From Octopus sinensis (lineage: Eukaryota): 64,000 bases of DNA. Positions 37,235 through 51,285 of the stretch are shown piece by piece (within the stretch, counting starts at the first letter, position 1; each line of letters opens with the position of its first letter). The position numbers and the translations under genes were made by a program. The stretch lies in NCBI RefSeq assembly GCF_006345805.1, contig NC_043005.1, positions 86,428,001 through 86,492,000 of the forward strand, in the 5' to 3' direction. Under the pieces are notes generated by a model. That model had not been told where the DNA came from. It saw only the letters and a list, made by a program, of their open reading frames with translations, and searched no databases.

Positions 37235-37939
37235 CACGCGTGCGTGTGTGTGTATGTCTATATCCCACTTTATTAGTCCGATATTAACATCACTCCGATG
37301 GTAAGGCTCATTTGCTTATTTCCTTTTTGGGATCGGAGGAAAAAGTCTTCACAGTCCGCCGTGAGTGCTTCTGAGTCAGCAATCCTTATAAAAACTCTAT
37401 TCTATGCGTGGAACTGTCCGTTGGAAAAGCCTTCTTACTTCTCTGTGCATGAACCAGTAAAATAAATGAAGTCTAATATTCTGAGTTTGGTGTACGATCA
37501 CTTTGCCATTTCCGTGTGGCATGCTTTGAACCTTTATAGGCAACGTCGAATTGATGGATCGTGCGACCTAATTTACAGCAGAAACATTTGATCACTATAA
37601 GGAAATCATCGGTACAGTTTGTTCAGCAAAATGCTGCCTCAATACGATCTTGTTTACCTAGTATACCGTGTTTGTTGTTTACGATAAAGCCGCCTGCCCT
37701 GATATGATTGAATTTTAAAATGCCACATTATTGTAATACTGTAATATGTAGAGATTATATAACACGTTTCTGTAGTGGCTTTGTTGTATTGGGAGTCGTC
37801 TGTCTTTCGTTCGAAGGATGGCAATTTCGTGTTGCTTTGTGAAATTGCTCGTAGCATTTCTCTGTAGGAAATCAGAAGATAATCATCAGTGTGTTTTATT
37901 TCAGTAGCAAGCAACTTTTGCGCTTAAGATGCACAGAAA

Positions 37940-38544
37940 TGGAAGAAACACTACGAGGCGTCTCGAACGAAGCTCTGACTCACGAATAAGGCGTTGAAGA
38001 AGGAGTACTTCTACTCAGGGAATATAGTGAATATGCGCCGAGATACGGATGCTAAACGCTTAAAGAGAATAAAGGCAGATTAGAAGGTATTTAATTCAAT
38101 CGAAGATGTGCTCAAAACAAAGACAGGCAATACCATGTGTGTCAGACTCTTCAATAATACCGTTCTGCTTACGCTTTTATACACTGTCGAAACGTGGCCT
38201 ACGCCAAAGATGATAGAACATTGATCGGCTGTGATGTAAAGGGCTGTTGAAAGATCCATGCTAGGAATATCGTTACGAGGGCATAATTGGAGAACGGTGT
38301 AGAGTGAACGATCTGATTGTAGAATGCGGAAAGCACAAGCTGGGCTGAATATATTGCTGGGTTCACAGAGCCCGAGATCGGAAAAGTCCGCTTGGAAGAT
38401 GAGTTCCACAACGGGGTAATATGATACAGTCAAGCAATTTGGGTGGAGATGAAACAGAATAACTCAACCAAGACACCATTAGAAGTGCATTGTGAACAGC
38501 GGTGTATAACAGCATCTGGTGATTTTATCGATACAGTGATACAG
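37940..38544 (+). mobile_element. RTE-clade LINE 3' fragment, decayed
   Basis: KKEYFYSGNIVNMRRDTD..KRIKAD*KVFNSIEDVL..RLFNNTVL..LLYTVETW..ERSMLGISLR; gatacagtgatacag tail. Confidence 0.88.
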
Positions 38545-39534
38545 GGAATTTGACTAAAACTTGAGATAAGTAGACTCTAGCTGTGCTTCATGTTTGCTTT
38601 GAAACCAAGAGATAAAAGCTTCAAATCTCTTTTCTAAACCAGCAACGTCAGTTGACTCTTTCATTTGAAGGGAGAACGTTGATATTATTTCAACAAGCTT
38701 CGTCAGTTAATATTCAGAAATTTTAGACACTTCGTGTACACGTCTTGACATATAGTCTTTAGAAATTGCAACACTATTAATATAATATTTAATATTCATT
38801 CCTACAAGTATTTTGTGCTAAAGTTTTAAAGTCTTCTGCAACTGTATAAAGTTTTGCCTATATTTGCTGTTCAATAGCCAATACGAAATCAAATACGTAA
38901 AACATTTTTGTTTATAAATATAAACGTCGAAAATATAGATTTCCTTTCATTCAATTCAAAAGATTTTCCTTTAAAACAGATTCAATTCCAAACATTTCTT
39001 TTTTAAAATAGATTCAATTCTAAAGACTTTCTCTTAAAATATTCTTCTCTTGGAATTTTGAAATTCGAGTCTTTTGCCTCTCAATATCATTTCAGTTTAG
39101 GCGCATTAAAACTCCTATTACTTAGAATATCTATTCATTTAAAACGCATTCCAATTAATTCAGTCTTATCACCAGTACTGGTAAAACCATTAGCAATAAG
39201 AATTGCACCATATTTCACGATGTTCAATTTGTAATGCTGCTTATAAACACAAACATGGTGCAGCTAGACAAGACCTCCTTAGTGTACGGTGGTTCACTAC
39301 TGACTTTTCAATGTTGATTGGTTTTTTTTTACACATTTATGAATTGCGGGTTACATTTTATTGCTTAAGTAAAAGACATGGCCGCACGTTTAAGAAATTC
39401 GCGTCGTAAAAAGCTGACCTTTGCTCCTATTATATAGTAAAACATGTCGGACAGGTTAATTTAGGCTCAACATAACCATGATTTTGTGAGGGAACTTCAT
39501 ATTGTCTGGAAGCTATGAATGTATGTATGCATGT

Positions 39535-39781
<247 letters not shown>

Positions 39782-40015
39782 ATATTTGAGCGTGCCAAGT
39801 ACATTGAAAACGCGAGTTTACACTTGTTCTGTTTCCTGTGACTTATCGGACGATAAAAAGGAACCGATAGAATAAGTACCTGATCTAAAATAATTACTGA
39901 CAAAGATTTATTCGATTAAACTCTTCAAGAAGGTGCTACAACATAGCTACATTCCAGTGATAGGAACAGTTAAAAGAACACAATGAAAGTAATAGTTCCC
40001 CATCTTACTTCAAAG

Positions 40016-40190
40016 GCGAGCTGGCAGAATCGTTAGCACGCCGGTCGAAATGCATAGCAGCATTTCGTCCGTCTTTACGTTTTCAGATCAAATTAGGTTC
40101 CCACTTCAAAATCGACTTTGTCTTACATCATTCTGGTATCGATAAAATAAATACCAGTTGATGTACTGGGGTCGATGTGACCGCCTTAAC
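40016..40190 (+). mobile_element. Degenerate SINE (family A)
   Basis: ggcgagctggcagaatcgttagcacgcc...tactggggtcgatg. Confidence 0.8.
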
Positions 40191-40562
40191 CAAAAGTATT
40201 ACCTATTTTCCAAAATTTGAAATTCTGAAGTAAAATTATTAGTTGACAACATTGTGAATAACAGAAAATAATGATGTATTCGCCATTCTACACTGAAATT
40301 TCATAAAGATATTTAAGACTTTTCTTGGATGTTTGAAATTCGAGTCTTTTGCCTCTCAATATCATTTCAGTTTAGGCGCATTAATACTGCTATTACTTAG
40401 AATATGTATTCATTTAAAACGCATTCTAATTAATTCAGGCTTATCGGCAGTACAGAAAATTTACGTAGAGAAATATGGACCAAATAGGAGTTTTGTAGCA
40501 TGGTTAGGATTTCAGCATGATGCAAGAATGACACCAAATGCAAAACATGAATCATAACTGGC

Positions 40563-40863
40563 ATTCCGTTTGTTACGATGACGAGGGTTCCAGTTGATCC
40601 GACAAACTAATAAGCTTGTGCACGTGCCTGAGTACTCCACAGACAGATCTATCTTTAACGTAGTTTTCAGGGAGACTCAACGTGACGAGGCTTCTGACAA
40701 GATTGGCCTTTTGAAATACACGTACCGCTCATTTTTGTCAGTTGAGTAAACTGGAGCAATCTGGAATGAAATGTCTAGCTCAAAGACATAACGCGCCGGT
40801 GAGGAACGAACGTACGACCTTACGACTGTGGGCCAAATACTATAAACACTAAGTCACGTGCTT
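40563..40863 (-). mobile_element. SINE (family C), degenerate
   Basis: gttacgatgacgagggttccagttgatcc..tttaacgtagtt..cactaagtcacgtgc. Confidence 0.82.
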
Positions 40864-40966
40864 TGAAAACAGCTGAATTACCAAGACAAGAGGAATTATT
40901 ATCGTCAGCTTCGAAATAGGAATCCTCATAGATATGCCTCACCCAAGTACAGTACAAGCATTAACT

Positions 40967-41143
40967 CAGGAGTGGCTGCGTGGTGAATAGCTTCCTTACC
41001 AACCTCATGGTTCCGGGTTCAGTCACACTGCGTGGCATCTTGGGCAAGTGTCTTCTACTATAGCCTCGAGGCTACCAATGCCTTGTGAGTGGATTTAGCA
41101 GGTAGAAACTGAATGAAGCCCGTCGTATATATATATATGTATG

Positions 41144-41219
<76 letters not shown>

Positions 41220-41415
41220 CATGTGTGTCTTTGTTCCTCCATCATCGCTTGACAACCGATGTTGATGTGTTTACGTCGCCGTAACCTGGCGGTTCGGTAA
41301 AAGAGACCCATAGGATTAGTACTAGACTCACAAAAATTAAGACCCGGGGTCGATTTACTCGACTAAAGTCGGTGCTCCAGCATGAGCCAAGTCAAATGAC
41401 TGAAACAAATAAAAG
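40967..41415 (+). mobile_element. Full-length SINE (family B)
   Basis: caggagtggctgcgtggtg head through atgactgaaacaaataaaagag tail. Confidence 0.92.
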
Positions 41416-41547
41416 AGTTAAAGAGATTAAACAAACACATGCATCAAGATTCAGTTCCACAGCGTGGCACCTTGAGCAAATGTTTTATACAATATCCTCC
41501 GGCCAGCCAATGACTTGTAGGTGAATTTCGTAGAGAATCTCGTTGTG

Positions 41548-41635
<88 letters not shown>

Positions 41636-42289
41636 GCTTATTAACCGATGGTGGTGTGTTTACGCCCACGTAACCTCATGGTTCGCCAAAGGAGAGCGAT
41701 AGTATAAGTACTAGTCGGACATTGGGGGTCGATGTAATCGGCTTAGCCTCTCCCCTGACATTGCTGGTCTCTTGCCAAATCTTGAAACAAATATTATTAT
41801 TATTACTACACTTATATTTCCTTGCACAATAAGGCAATATACGGCTTTTTTGTCGTATTCTCATTTTTCTTGTTAACTGTCAAAGCTTATACAGTATATA
41901 GCATTTTCAGTGCTTCAGCTGTTCCAAGAAAGGTAAATATTTCGAACACGTTGAAAACTGTTAACACGTAAATTAGATGTTAAAATTTCAAATGTTGAAG
42001 TCACGATAAATTTACCACCAGGTAAACGACTAGATCTTCTGAATCTTTTTATGTTATTCAACACCTGTCAGAGTCACATTAGATAGATGTTATTTCATGA
42101 AAAATGAATTTTCACTCTTTGCAATCCAAAAACACCTTTTTTTATTTTTATAAAATGTCGTTGTGAATGTGATTAGTTAGTTCACTTGTAAGACAAATAG
42201 AACAGTATGTCAAACCCAGGTGCAAGCATTTATGTATGTGCATCAGTTCACATAATCTTATATATGTAAGTCTATGTATATATATATAT

Positions 42290-42830
42290 GGTTCAAAATC
42301 GTACAAAAACAAAAGACAGACAGATGTGAGGAAGCAACAAAGAAGCTGTATCTGTTGGACGCTCAGGAAATATGAAAAGTCTTGACATTTCGAGCCTACG
42401 CACTTTTACAGAAAAGAATAGGGAAAGGGAGAGGAAAAGCGAAGAGAAACTAAAAGAACAGTGTTTGGATTAACAGGTGCACACACTGAATATAAAAGTA
42501 AACTACAACAAACTAATAATAACTATGGAAGACTGGTGGGATTATTATTTGTATGGACTTAAAGATTCGTTGCTATTTAGTATTTAGTTTAGTCATTGTA
42601 GGTTTACTACTAATACCGATACGGATGTATATATAGATTTATGTGTTTCTTTGTTGCAGTTCAATTTTAAAGTTAGTGTTTTATCCTGCCTATAGTATTT
42701 AGATTGAATGAATGTGGTTATTAAGCTTTCACATTTATATTATAGTATGGAAGACTGTAGGGAGTAAAATGTGTGATTTTCCCTGTAAGTTAAGATTAAT
42801 ATTCCCTCAAATAATAATTATATATAGATA
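42290..42830. mobile_element. PLE-type terminal fragment(s) with decayed minimal hammerhead
   Basis: Minus 42414-42381: ttt-CTGTAAA-a-gtgc-gtag-gctc-GAAAT-GTC-aag. The tail ends at (TA)n near 42290. 42765-42820 resembles 63540-63580. Confidence 0.5.
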
Positions 42831-43859
42831 TGAAACTGTTTCTTATGACAATTATGCAAGGATTTAGGATACTGGGGCAATATTGTGGGTATAGCTAATG
42901 GAAAAACAATGTAGGTACTAGCACAGATTTTGACAGATTTGTACAGCAGAGTCACAGCATTTTTGCAGAAGGTGAAAGACGAATATGTTCTACTGATAAC
43001 TCCCTGTTCAGAGGGAAAACAAATAAACAAGGCTGTTATTTTAAGATACAATGACATATTTTCGATTTTTAGATGTATACAAATATTCTTTTATTACTTT
43101 ACTTGTCATTTCACTGAATTAGCTGAAGGGCGACTGTTCGAGAAAACATCGCGATATAAGGTAAAATACTGTGGGGTATTATTAAGTATTATTCCTTTAA
43201 AATTAAACTATAGAGAGCTCCGACGGAGGCAGCTGTGTGACAGATCATCTGTCAAGGGATACGGCTTGCTGTCATTGAGACATACAAGGTCGTCATAGAA
43301 TGTTCAGAGATGAAGCACTTTTGACTATGTGTCTACACCGACATGCCTAACCTCAAGCAACCACAGATCATAAAATTTAATTATGCCCATTGCGAGAAAA
43401 ACTCGAATCGTGCATTCCAATGGAATCCATGCAACAAATATTATGAAAGAGCTGAACATTAAGATATTTTATGAAATTTATATTGTGTCTGAACATAAAA
43501 AATTAATAAATAACTAAGAAAAATAAAAAAAAATATACAAAGGCTGCAGTAATTGCAGATGGATTATTATAGATATAAATATCCCAAGAGACGAGTTGAT
43601 TAAAAATGTAAAAAAGAAATGTAAATGTGAAAAAATTTTACAAAATATAATAAACATAAAGAAAAGTGAATAGAGAAAAGGAGATCTCTTGATCTAATCA
43701 CTGATCAAAAGGAAACGCAAGTGCAGATTAAATTAAATTTTTCCAGCGACATCATAGAGATGAAGCAGACGAGATGAAGATGATCATGGCAATCAGCTTC
43801 GTCATTGCTGTCATCGTCAACAACATGAACATTAGTAATTCCATCACAATTGTGACTTA

Positions 43860-43932
43860 AATCATTAGTATCATCGTCATCGTCGTCGTCATCATCAAAT
43901 TCAACATCATCATCATCATCATCATCATCATT

Positions 43933-43982
<50 letters not shown>

Positions 43983-44135
43983 TGTCATCATTATTCCCCG
44001 TTATTCACAGTTATTATCATTTTAAACAAAATCCACCAAAATGTATCATTATCAACATCACTGTTCATCTATGAACGCCCTTTAACCTCATCACCACCAC
44101 CATCATCGACATGATCATCGTCGTGGTTGTCGTAG

Positions 44136-44172
<37 letters not shown>

Positions 44173-44192
44173 CATCATCATCATCATCATTC
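43860..44192. repeat. (ATC)n trinucleotide tracts
   Basis: Direct reading. Confidence 0.9.
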
Positions 44193-45309
44193 AGTTACTA
44201 TTGATTCAATTCCGAAACAGCTTGCTCTGCCACTTCACTTCGCAAACTCTTCATATTTATTCAACCAAGTTTCCATTCCGTCCTCACCATGTTTCTTAAG
44301 CTCTTCTGAAATACTTTCCTCGCAGTTCCACCGTATAATTGTTATTTCCCTCTTTTAGAAGAATTGGAAATCATCACATAATGGAGAAGAAAACAGGCTG
44401 ATTTCAGAATGGATACGAAACGGATTGTGGCCGTGCTTGGGCACTGCTTTTAAGAGCTTTAGCCAAACAAATCAACCCAGTACCTTCTTTAATTCTTGTA
44501 CGTGTTGTCATGCTAATGGTGTTGGGCTCCACCACATATACAGACACACAGACGCACACACACGCGCACACAAACACATTTTCGATGGACCTCTACACAG
44601 TTTCCGTGTGCCAAACCCACTTAAAAAGCAGCGGTGAAGGGCTCGTATCTACATTTGAGAACTTTTGCGCAAGGTGCCGTGAGACTGAACTCATAATTTC
44701 GTAGTTGCAAAGTTAGATTAGCAACACAGCTACACCTGCTGAATACATTAACAGAAAGATGAAGGATATGATGCCAATGACTTTGCTCATAAAAATAAAG
44801 GGGCGTGTTAAGATGGAGACGATGACTATGAGAAAAAAAAATAAAAAGACGATGCAATGAATAGGAGAGAACCAAGCGGAGGAGATAAAGAGGAGTAAAC
44901 AAAGAACTTCACGTATACGGCAGAAATGAAATTAGGTGAAAGAATAATTGACAAACACCGAAGAAAAAATAATGAAAAGAATGTGGGTTTTGTATGAATG
45001 AATATAAAGTCGTACTAAATGGATTTTACAGCGAAGTTAATGGTATACCTTAAGATAATGAATAACGAAAATCTACTGTCTTTTTATTGAGAAACAATCA
45101 GCACGATTTTAAAACAAAATATGTTTGAGTATTATTTTTTTTTTGTATATTACTAAATTGGATTTTAAAGTGGAGTTTCGTCTAAATAGGTTTCATAAAA
45201 CAAGCAATTTACCTTATATTTATTCCATGAAAGAGAGGAAAGAGAAAACTCTCAGACGCACTCGCATGCAAACATATTCATGTATATACTTGCATATATT
45301 TTGATACGT

Positions 45310-45432
<123 letters not shown>

Positions 45433-45774
45433 GCATATATGTATAGCTTTATATATATATACTTACATGCATAAGTATATATATATATAATCTTGCACAA
45501 CAAATATATAAACGTAATATATATATATATATAATATATATATATATATATACTTACATGCATAAGCATATATATATATATACACATATATATATATATA
45601 TACTTTATCTAATTTAAGATATTCTCCTCAACTTTTGTGCAATATCTTAAATATTTCTTCTCGTTACATTTATTTATAATCTTTTAAACCCAAAATGTAC
45701 AATTTTTCTTGTTTATTGTTGTTGCTGTTGATGATGATGATGTTATTGTTGCTGTTCTCTAATTCTTGGTTGGT

Positions 45775-46165
45775 TTTCACCAGGTATGTGTCGTCAGTAA
45801 TTACTCTGGTTAGGCGGTTGGCGACCTTCATGTAGTAAACCACACAAAAGCATAATCGAAACATGGGTATGCGACTGAGATGTAGGCAGATCTATTTCTG
45901 CCTTTATAGCGCGTAAAGAAAACTTTGTTGAATAGTGCTCAGCACGTTTTCTACAGCAGCTCTATGCGTAGGTCAAATACTGAGATTGAAAAGGAGGGAC
46001 GAATTATGCCTACCCGATCTACAAAAACTAAAACATTTTGCAATTTATGCATAGTAATCAGAGTAACCTTCGTAATGTTATTGAATTAGGTGCATATTTT
46101 GCTATGAGAGGAAAATGTTGCTATCGATCTATTTTATCCAAGGTAGGCACCTGCCTACGTTGCGT
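45775..46165. repeat. Unclassified ~400-bp dispersed repeat, copy 2
   Basis: Colinear with 12125-12530. Confidence 0.85.
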
Positions 46166-46444
46166 ACCCCGGCGGCTCCACTCTGGTTCTGACCGTAGTC
46201 TTGTAACTAAAAACTTTCTAACTGAGAACGTCATCTCAATCTTTTTAGACTACTCAACACACTTTCAAACTGTCTCCCCACTTCACTCACTCATTCACTC
46301 ACTCACTCACTCACACACTCACACACACTCTCTCTCTCTCTCTCTCTCTCTCTTTTCTACAATACTATTCCATGTACGTTCGTGTGAATGGAACTGTTAT
46401 TTTTTGTACATTGCCAGAAATCAGAATTCTTCTGATATATAAAC

Positions 46445-46602
46445 ACGGGTTAGCTTTGTGGCAAGAAGTTTGTTTCCCAACCACATGGTTACTGTTTGAG
46501 TCCTACTGCGTGACATCTTGGGCAATTGTCTTCTACTATAATTTCGGGTCGATCAAAACCTTGTGAGTGGATTTGGTTGGTAGAAACTGAACGAAGCCCG
46601 TC

Positions 46603-46676
<74 letters not shown>

Positions 46677-46870
46677 ACATTTGTATGTGTCTATTTGTTT
46701 CCACCACCATCGCTCGAGAACTGATGCTCGTGTGTTTACGTTCCTGTAACTTAGCAGTTCGGCAAAAAAGACCGATAGAATAAGTACTGGGCTTACAAGC
46801 ATCAAGTCCCGGTTCGATTTGTTCGTCTAAAGGCTTTGCGTCTAAATGGCCGCAGTCGAATGACTGAAAC
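46445..46870 (+). mobile_element. SINE (family B)
   Basis: ccaaccacatggtt..gtcctactgcgtgacatcttgggcaa..aactgaacgaagcccgtc..atgactgaaac. Confidence 0.88.
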
Positions 46871-46924
46871 GTGTGAATATATACACATATGTGGCGAATT
46901 TAATTTTATTTAATTTATATAAAA

Positions 46925-46987
46925 TTGTTTATGTATTGGATTAAGTCTTTCTTTGTTTGATTTGCATAATAGTGGTTTTGTCTCTAA

Positions 46988-46995
<8 letters not shown>
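46925..46995 (+). mobile_element. Solo PLE-type 3' tail
   Basis: atgtattggattaagtctttctttgtttgatttgcataatagtggttttgtctctaa matches 63439-63497 and ends in (TA)n. Confidence 0.8.
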
Positions 46996-47020
<25 letters not shown>

Positions 47021-49021
47021 TACATATACATATGTACATATATACGTGGGGTGAGTGTGTGTGTGTGTTTGTGTCTACACGTGTGTGTCCCCTTCCACAC
47101 CTCGACCACCAGTGTTGGCGTGACTTTTGTCCACTTAACCTATCGGTTAGAATAGGCATCAGGTTTAAAATAACTGATTCGTCTAAAATTCTTCAAGGCT
47201 CTGCTCAAGCAAGGCCTATAGTCTGAGCACTGAAACAAGGAAAGTATAAAATTAGCAAATTACGTAACGAAATTTTCATTTTCTTTAACAGAAAGTGTAA
47301 ATGATTAATTATGGAGCTTGAATATTTACTAACGTAAGCAAGAGCACTAACAATTATGAAATCTAATGGGAATTATGTCTTCGGTAAATAAAAATGATAT
47401 AGTCAATCCCTAACAAAGTTGGTTCCAGTTTAGGTTTAATAGGTCCTAATTCTCTGTTCCTGTGGCATAAAAGTGACTGAGTTCACATCATTGACCCTGA
47501 CCGAAATCTTTGTTCGTCGTATATTTGCATATTTTCCGCTGAGTGAGCTCGGGTAATATAAAATGCAGTGGTTTACTAAAGGAAAGCACCGGCTGCTCCG
47601 GCAACCGAAATCAAGCTCTAATTACAAGGTTACTCGCCTTTAAATGTTCTATAAAGGGAGGCTGTAATATATGAAATGATCAAGTGATAGACGAGAATAT
47701 CACAGATTATGTTACGCTGGTCATAACGCGCTTTATCTTTCGAATGATGCTACGGCGTTGGCTAGGCAAACAGGCCAACATTACCCCTGGTCGAAAGGTT
47801 AGTTTCTGACAGGGGTGCCAATGTGAAATGAAGTGTTTTGCTCAAGAACACAACGCATAGACCGTTGTGGGAATAGAAAATGTCACAATTAGGAAAGCAA
47901 AACCCATAACCACAAGGCAGCACCCCTTCACAATTTATGAAGTAGCTCTTAATTATTCTTTTTCATGGTTGCTGAAGAATTCTCCATATCCGCATGGCCT
48001 TTCTGTTCCCTCAAATAATTTCTCGTCTCTAATTTCTGCATTTGGCAAATATGCTGATGCTGAAAAGTTTCCACCAATGGTTCCTGTGTTTAAACTTTTC
48101 CTTTTTATTTTGAAGTACATAACTGTTTTCTTTACGTATCACATGAGAGACTTTCTCAATTATAGCATTGTATACAGTTTTAGTCACATCATGGCCCATT
48201 GTGAAATAGCAAATTAACTGACAGTTTTATGTAGATAATACCACATGTGCATTATAATCCTTTCAACAGAAATGTAATTTAATCAACATTTTCATTGCAT
48301 TTTCGTGGTTTTAAGGAGACTAATTTCGTTCATTAAATATGCAGCAGCTCGAATCTATTTGTATTGTAAAAAGGCATATGCATATACACACACAGACGTA
48401 TACACGCACGCACACATACATGCAAGATCTTCAATGCTTTATTTTTAGCTGATGAAGGGAAAAAGAAGCCAGACGAAAAATACACGATGTTATATAAGAA
48501 CTATAAATCGCAGCACATCGTGACATGTTCCAAACTAGGAAGCATATCTAAACAAATACAAAACCCAGCATTTAAAATACAACGTATATATATATATATA
48601 TATATTAATGGATGAATGCGAGTTCGTCCTTTAATTGTAATTTCTGAAGATTTCTAACGTTGTTTCTTCATAATCTACTACTGAGTGTACGAATGTAAAT
48701 TTGTGTAGGCATGAACACTTATACAGGAATAATCAGTAAATGATTTAACTTCTTAAGCAGAGTTCAACAAATTCGTTCATATTTATGTAAATGGAAGAGA
48801 TTAAATATTTAAATGGATTACAGTTTTTATTATTCATGTTGTTATATAATTTACTTCATACAAAAAGACTCAGATATTCATAATAGAAAATCGGAATTGT
48901 TGAATTGTACTCGGCGGTAGCTTGAAAACTAAAAAGGACGTTAGAAGTACATAGATTTTCTATCAGTAATCATATTCTTATAAAGTGTTCGTTCTTGGAG
49001 TCATGTCTATTTTAAACAAGA

Positions 49022-49150
49022 CTATGTACGTATGTATGTATGTATGTATGTATGTATGTATGTATGCATGTATATATGTATGTATGTATGTATGTATGTA
49101 CGTACGTATGTATGTACGTACGTACGTATGTATGTACGTACGTACGTATG
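49022..49150. repeat. (TATG)/(TACG) microsatellite
   Basis: Direct reading. Confidence 0.92.
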
Positions 49151-49794
49151 TATGTATGTATGTATGTATGTATATATATATAAATCATTGGATATTATAT
49201 GGTGAATTGCATTGCATATGTGTTATGGTATGTCGTGTGCTATATATAATACTATCCTATGATAACCCCTGCCTAGTTAGTTTGATTTCATCCTATTTTG
49301 GTGATTACACTATTTTTCTTTCTATGATATTCTACCCTACAGATCACATCATGTATATTTGTAGCGACTTTATGTAAGTAAATCTCCTTTCGACTAAATC
49401 ATATACCCCTAGAAACTATAAAATAATACATGCATTATCACATGTAACATTACAACCTAAAAAGTCTGTTCAGTCTGAATATCTTTAACTGCTCTCACCA
49501 CTTCCATATCTATTACCCCCACTTTTCGGGTCACTTTTATCTCTTCCCTACCAATAATTTTCATCCCCTATCTCTTTTATCTAGGTTATATGTATGTTTT
49601 AGTATTTTCTATAAATTCTTATTATTTTGTCTTCTTATTGTGATATCCTTACTTATTAACAACTTAACCCTTATGAATTGTTATTTATCTTATTCTTAAA
49701 TAGATATTTGGGTGTTACATAAGTCTATGCGAGAATTTTATACTATATCCATATAAACGTATAAATATTTGTGTATGTGTATATATGCATATGT

Positions 49795-50082
49795 GGAGGC
49801 GCAATGGCCCAGTGGTTAGGGCAGCGGACTCGCCGTCGTAGGATCGCGGTTTCGATTCCCAGACCGGGCGTTGTGAGTGTTTATTGAGCAAAAACACCTA
49901 AAAGCTCCACGAGACTCCGGGCAGGGGTGGTGATCCCTGCTGTACTCTTTCACCACTCTTTCTTCTGTTGGCCTGCTCGCTTAGCCAGCGGGGTGGCGTC
50001 ATTCGAAGGCTAAAACAATGCGAACGCATTGTGACCAGCGATGTGTAACTACATCTGATGGACTGGTCGGTCACGTCAAGTG
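49795..50082 (+). mobile_element. tRNA-derived SINE (family D) with 12-bp TSD
   Basis: A box tggcccagtgg, B box gtttcgattccc. TSD atatatgcatat at 49781-49792 and 50083-50094. Confidence 0.9.
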
Positions 50083-50992
50083 ATATATGCATATATGCAC
50101 ATATATAAATGTGTGTGTATCTGTATGCATCTTTACATTTTTTCCAATTCAAGGCTTAAAATTAATAGACAGTATGTATATATTTCCAGTTATTCCATAA
50201 GTAAATGTCCTGAGTAGTCTGTATAGAAATCACTTAATAAGTAATTAAGTAAGTACATGAATAAATATTAAACTGATTCTATATAATTGTCCTTTTCAAT
50301 GTTTATAATTGATATATACACACCTTTTACCTATTTTACCTAATCACCCATAATGCCACTAAATAAAATTTCCTCTCTATTAACATCTTAGGTTTCCTAG
50401 CGTCTTGCCCTTTTAACTGGTAGTTAACATCATGATTTAAAGCCTACGCCTAACCTACCCCTTATTATAGACAATTACTTATATACAGCTTACTACTCCT
50501 AATGTCTTATTTCCTCCCAGGGGAAAACGTATACATATGATAATATTTATGACAAGCCTAGCCATGAGCTGTCAACTCACTCTTGTCCTTTATTCAAAAT
50601 AGACACAGTCTTTCAGTCTTAGATTTGGAAGTTGATAAAGAAATAAATGAATTAGAAATGAATTACAATCGCTTACAACCCTATGACCCCAGAAAGTTCC
50701 ATGCACTTCTTAGAAGTGTAGTCTATTCTTAGCCACAATAGCGACAGCATGAATTATTTCCATCTTCTTGCTCTTTTAAAATATTTGAGAAAAATTATAT
50801 TAATGTGTCCTACAGCTTAAAATCCCATTTATTTATTTGTGCAACTGTCATGAGAATTTACAATATTCGCGAATATGAAACAATTCTGTTTGGGAACAGT
50901 GAATCTCGAAGCAAATGAATTTATAACAGTCCAAAAGGTTTTTAAACCAATATTTTTCATGAAAACTTTTATTTGTCTTGAGATTCGCTGTT

Positions 50993-51028
<36 letters not shown>

Positions 51029-51114
51029 TTACATACATACATACATACACACATACACACACACACATATATATATGTGTGTGTGTGTATGTGTGTATAT
51101 ACATATATATATAT

Positions 51115-51166
<52 letters not shown>

Positions 51167-51224
51167 CATATATATATGTATAGGGACGAAGTTTTGTGTA
51201 TATTTGTGTTTTCTACGAAATGCG

Positions 51225-51285
51225 GTAGTATATAATATTTCAGTCCATTGTATTTACTAATAACCGACTCATCTTCAGACCTGCC
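51225..51285 (-). ncRNA. Decayed hammerhead
   Basis: ggt-CTGAAGA-tg-agtc...gact-GAAA-TATTAT-ATA-ctacc. Stem I is out of register; the tail runs into (TA)n near 51180. Confidence 0.5.

Noticed and set aside
37840-37895. Minus-strand CTGATGA...GAAAT hammerhead candidate; also HTDDYLLIS as an RT motif
   Set aside because: No stem I partner, 6-nt linker before stem II, and no other RT motifs in frame.
38680-38712. Minus CTGACGA...GAAA..ATC candidate
   Set aside because: Stem II loop too short and stem I does not pair.
48445-48490. CTGATGA...GAAA candidate
   Set aside because: No complementary stems.
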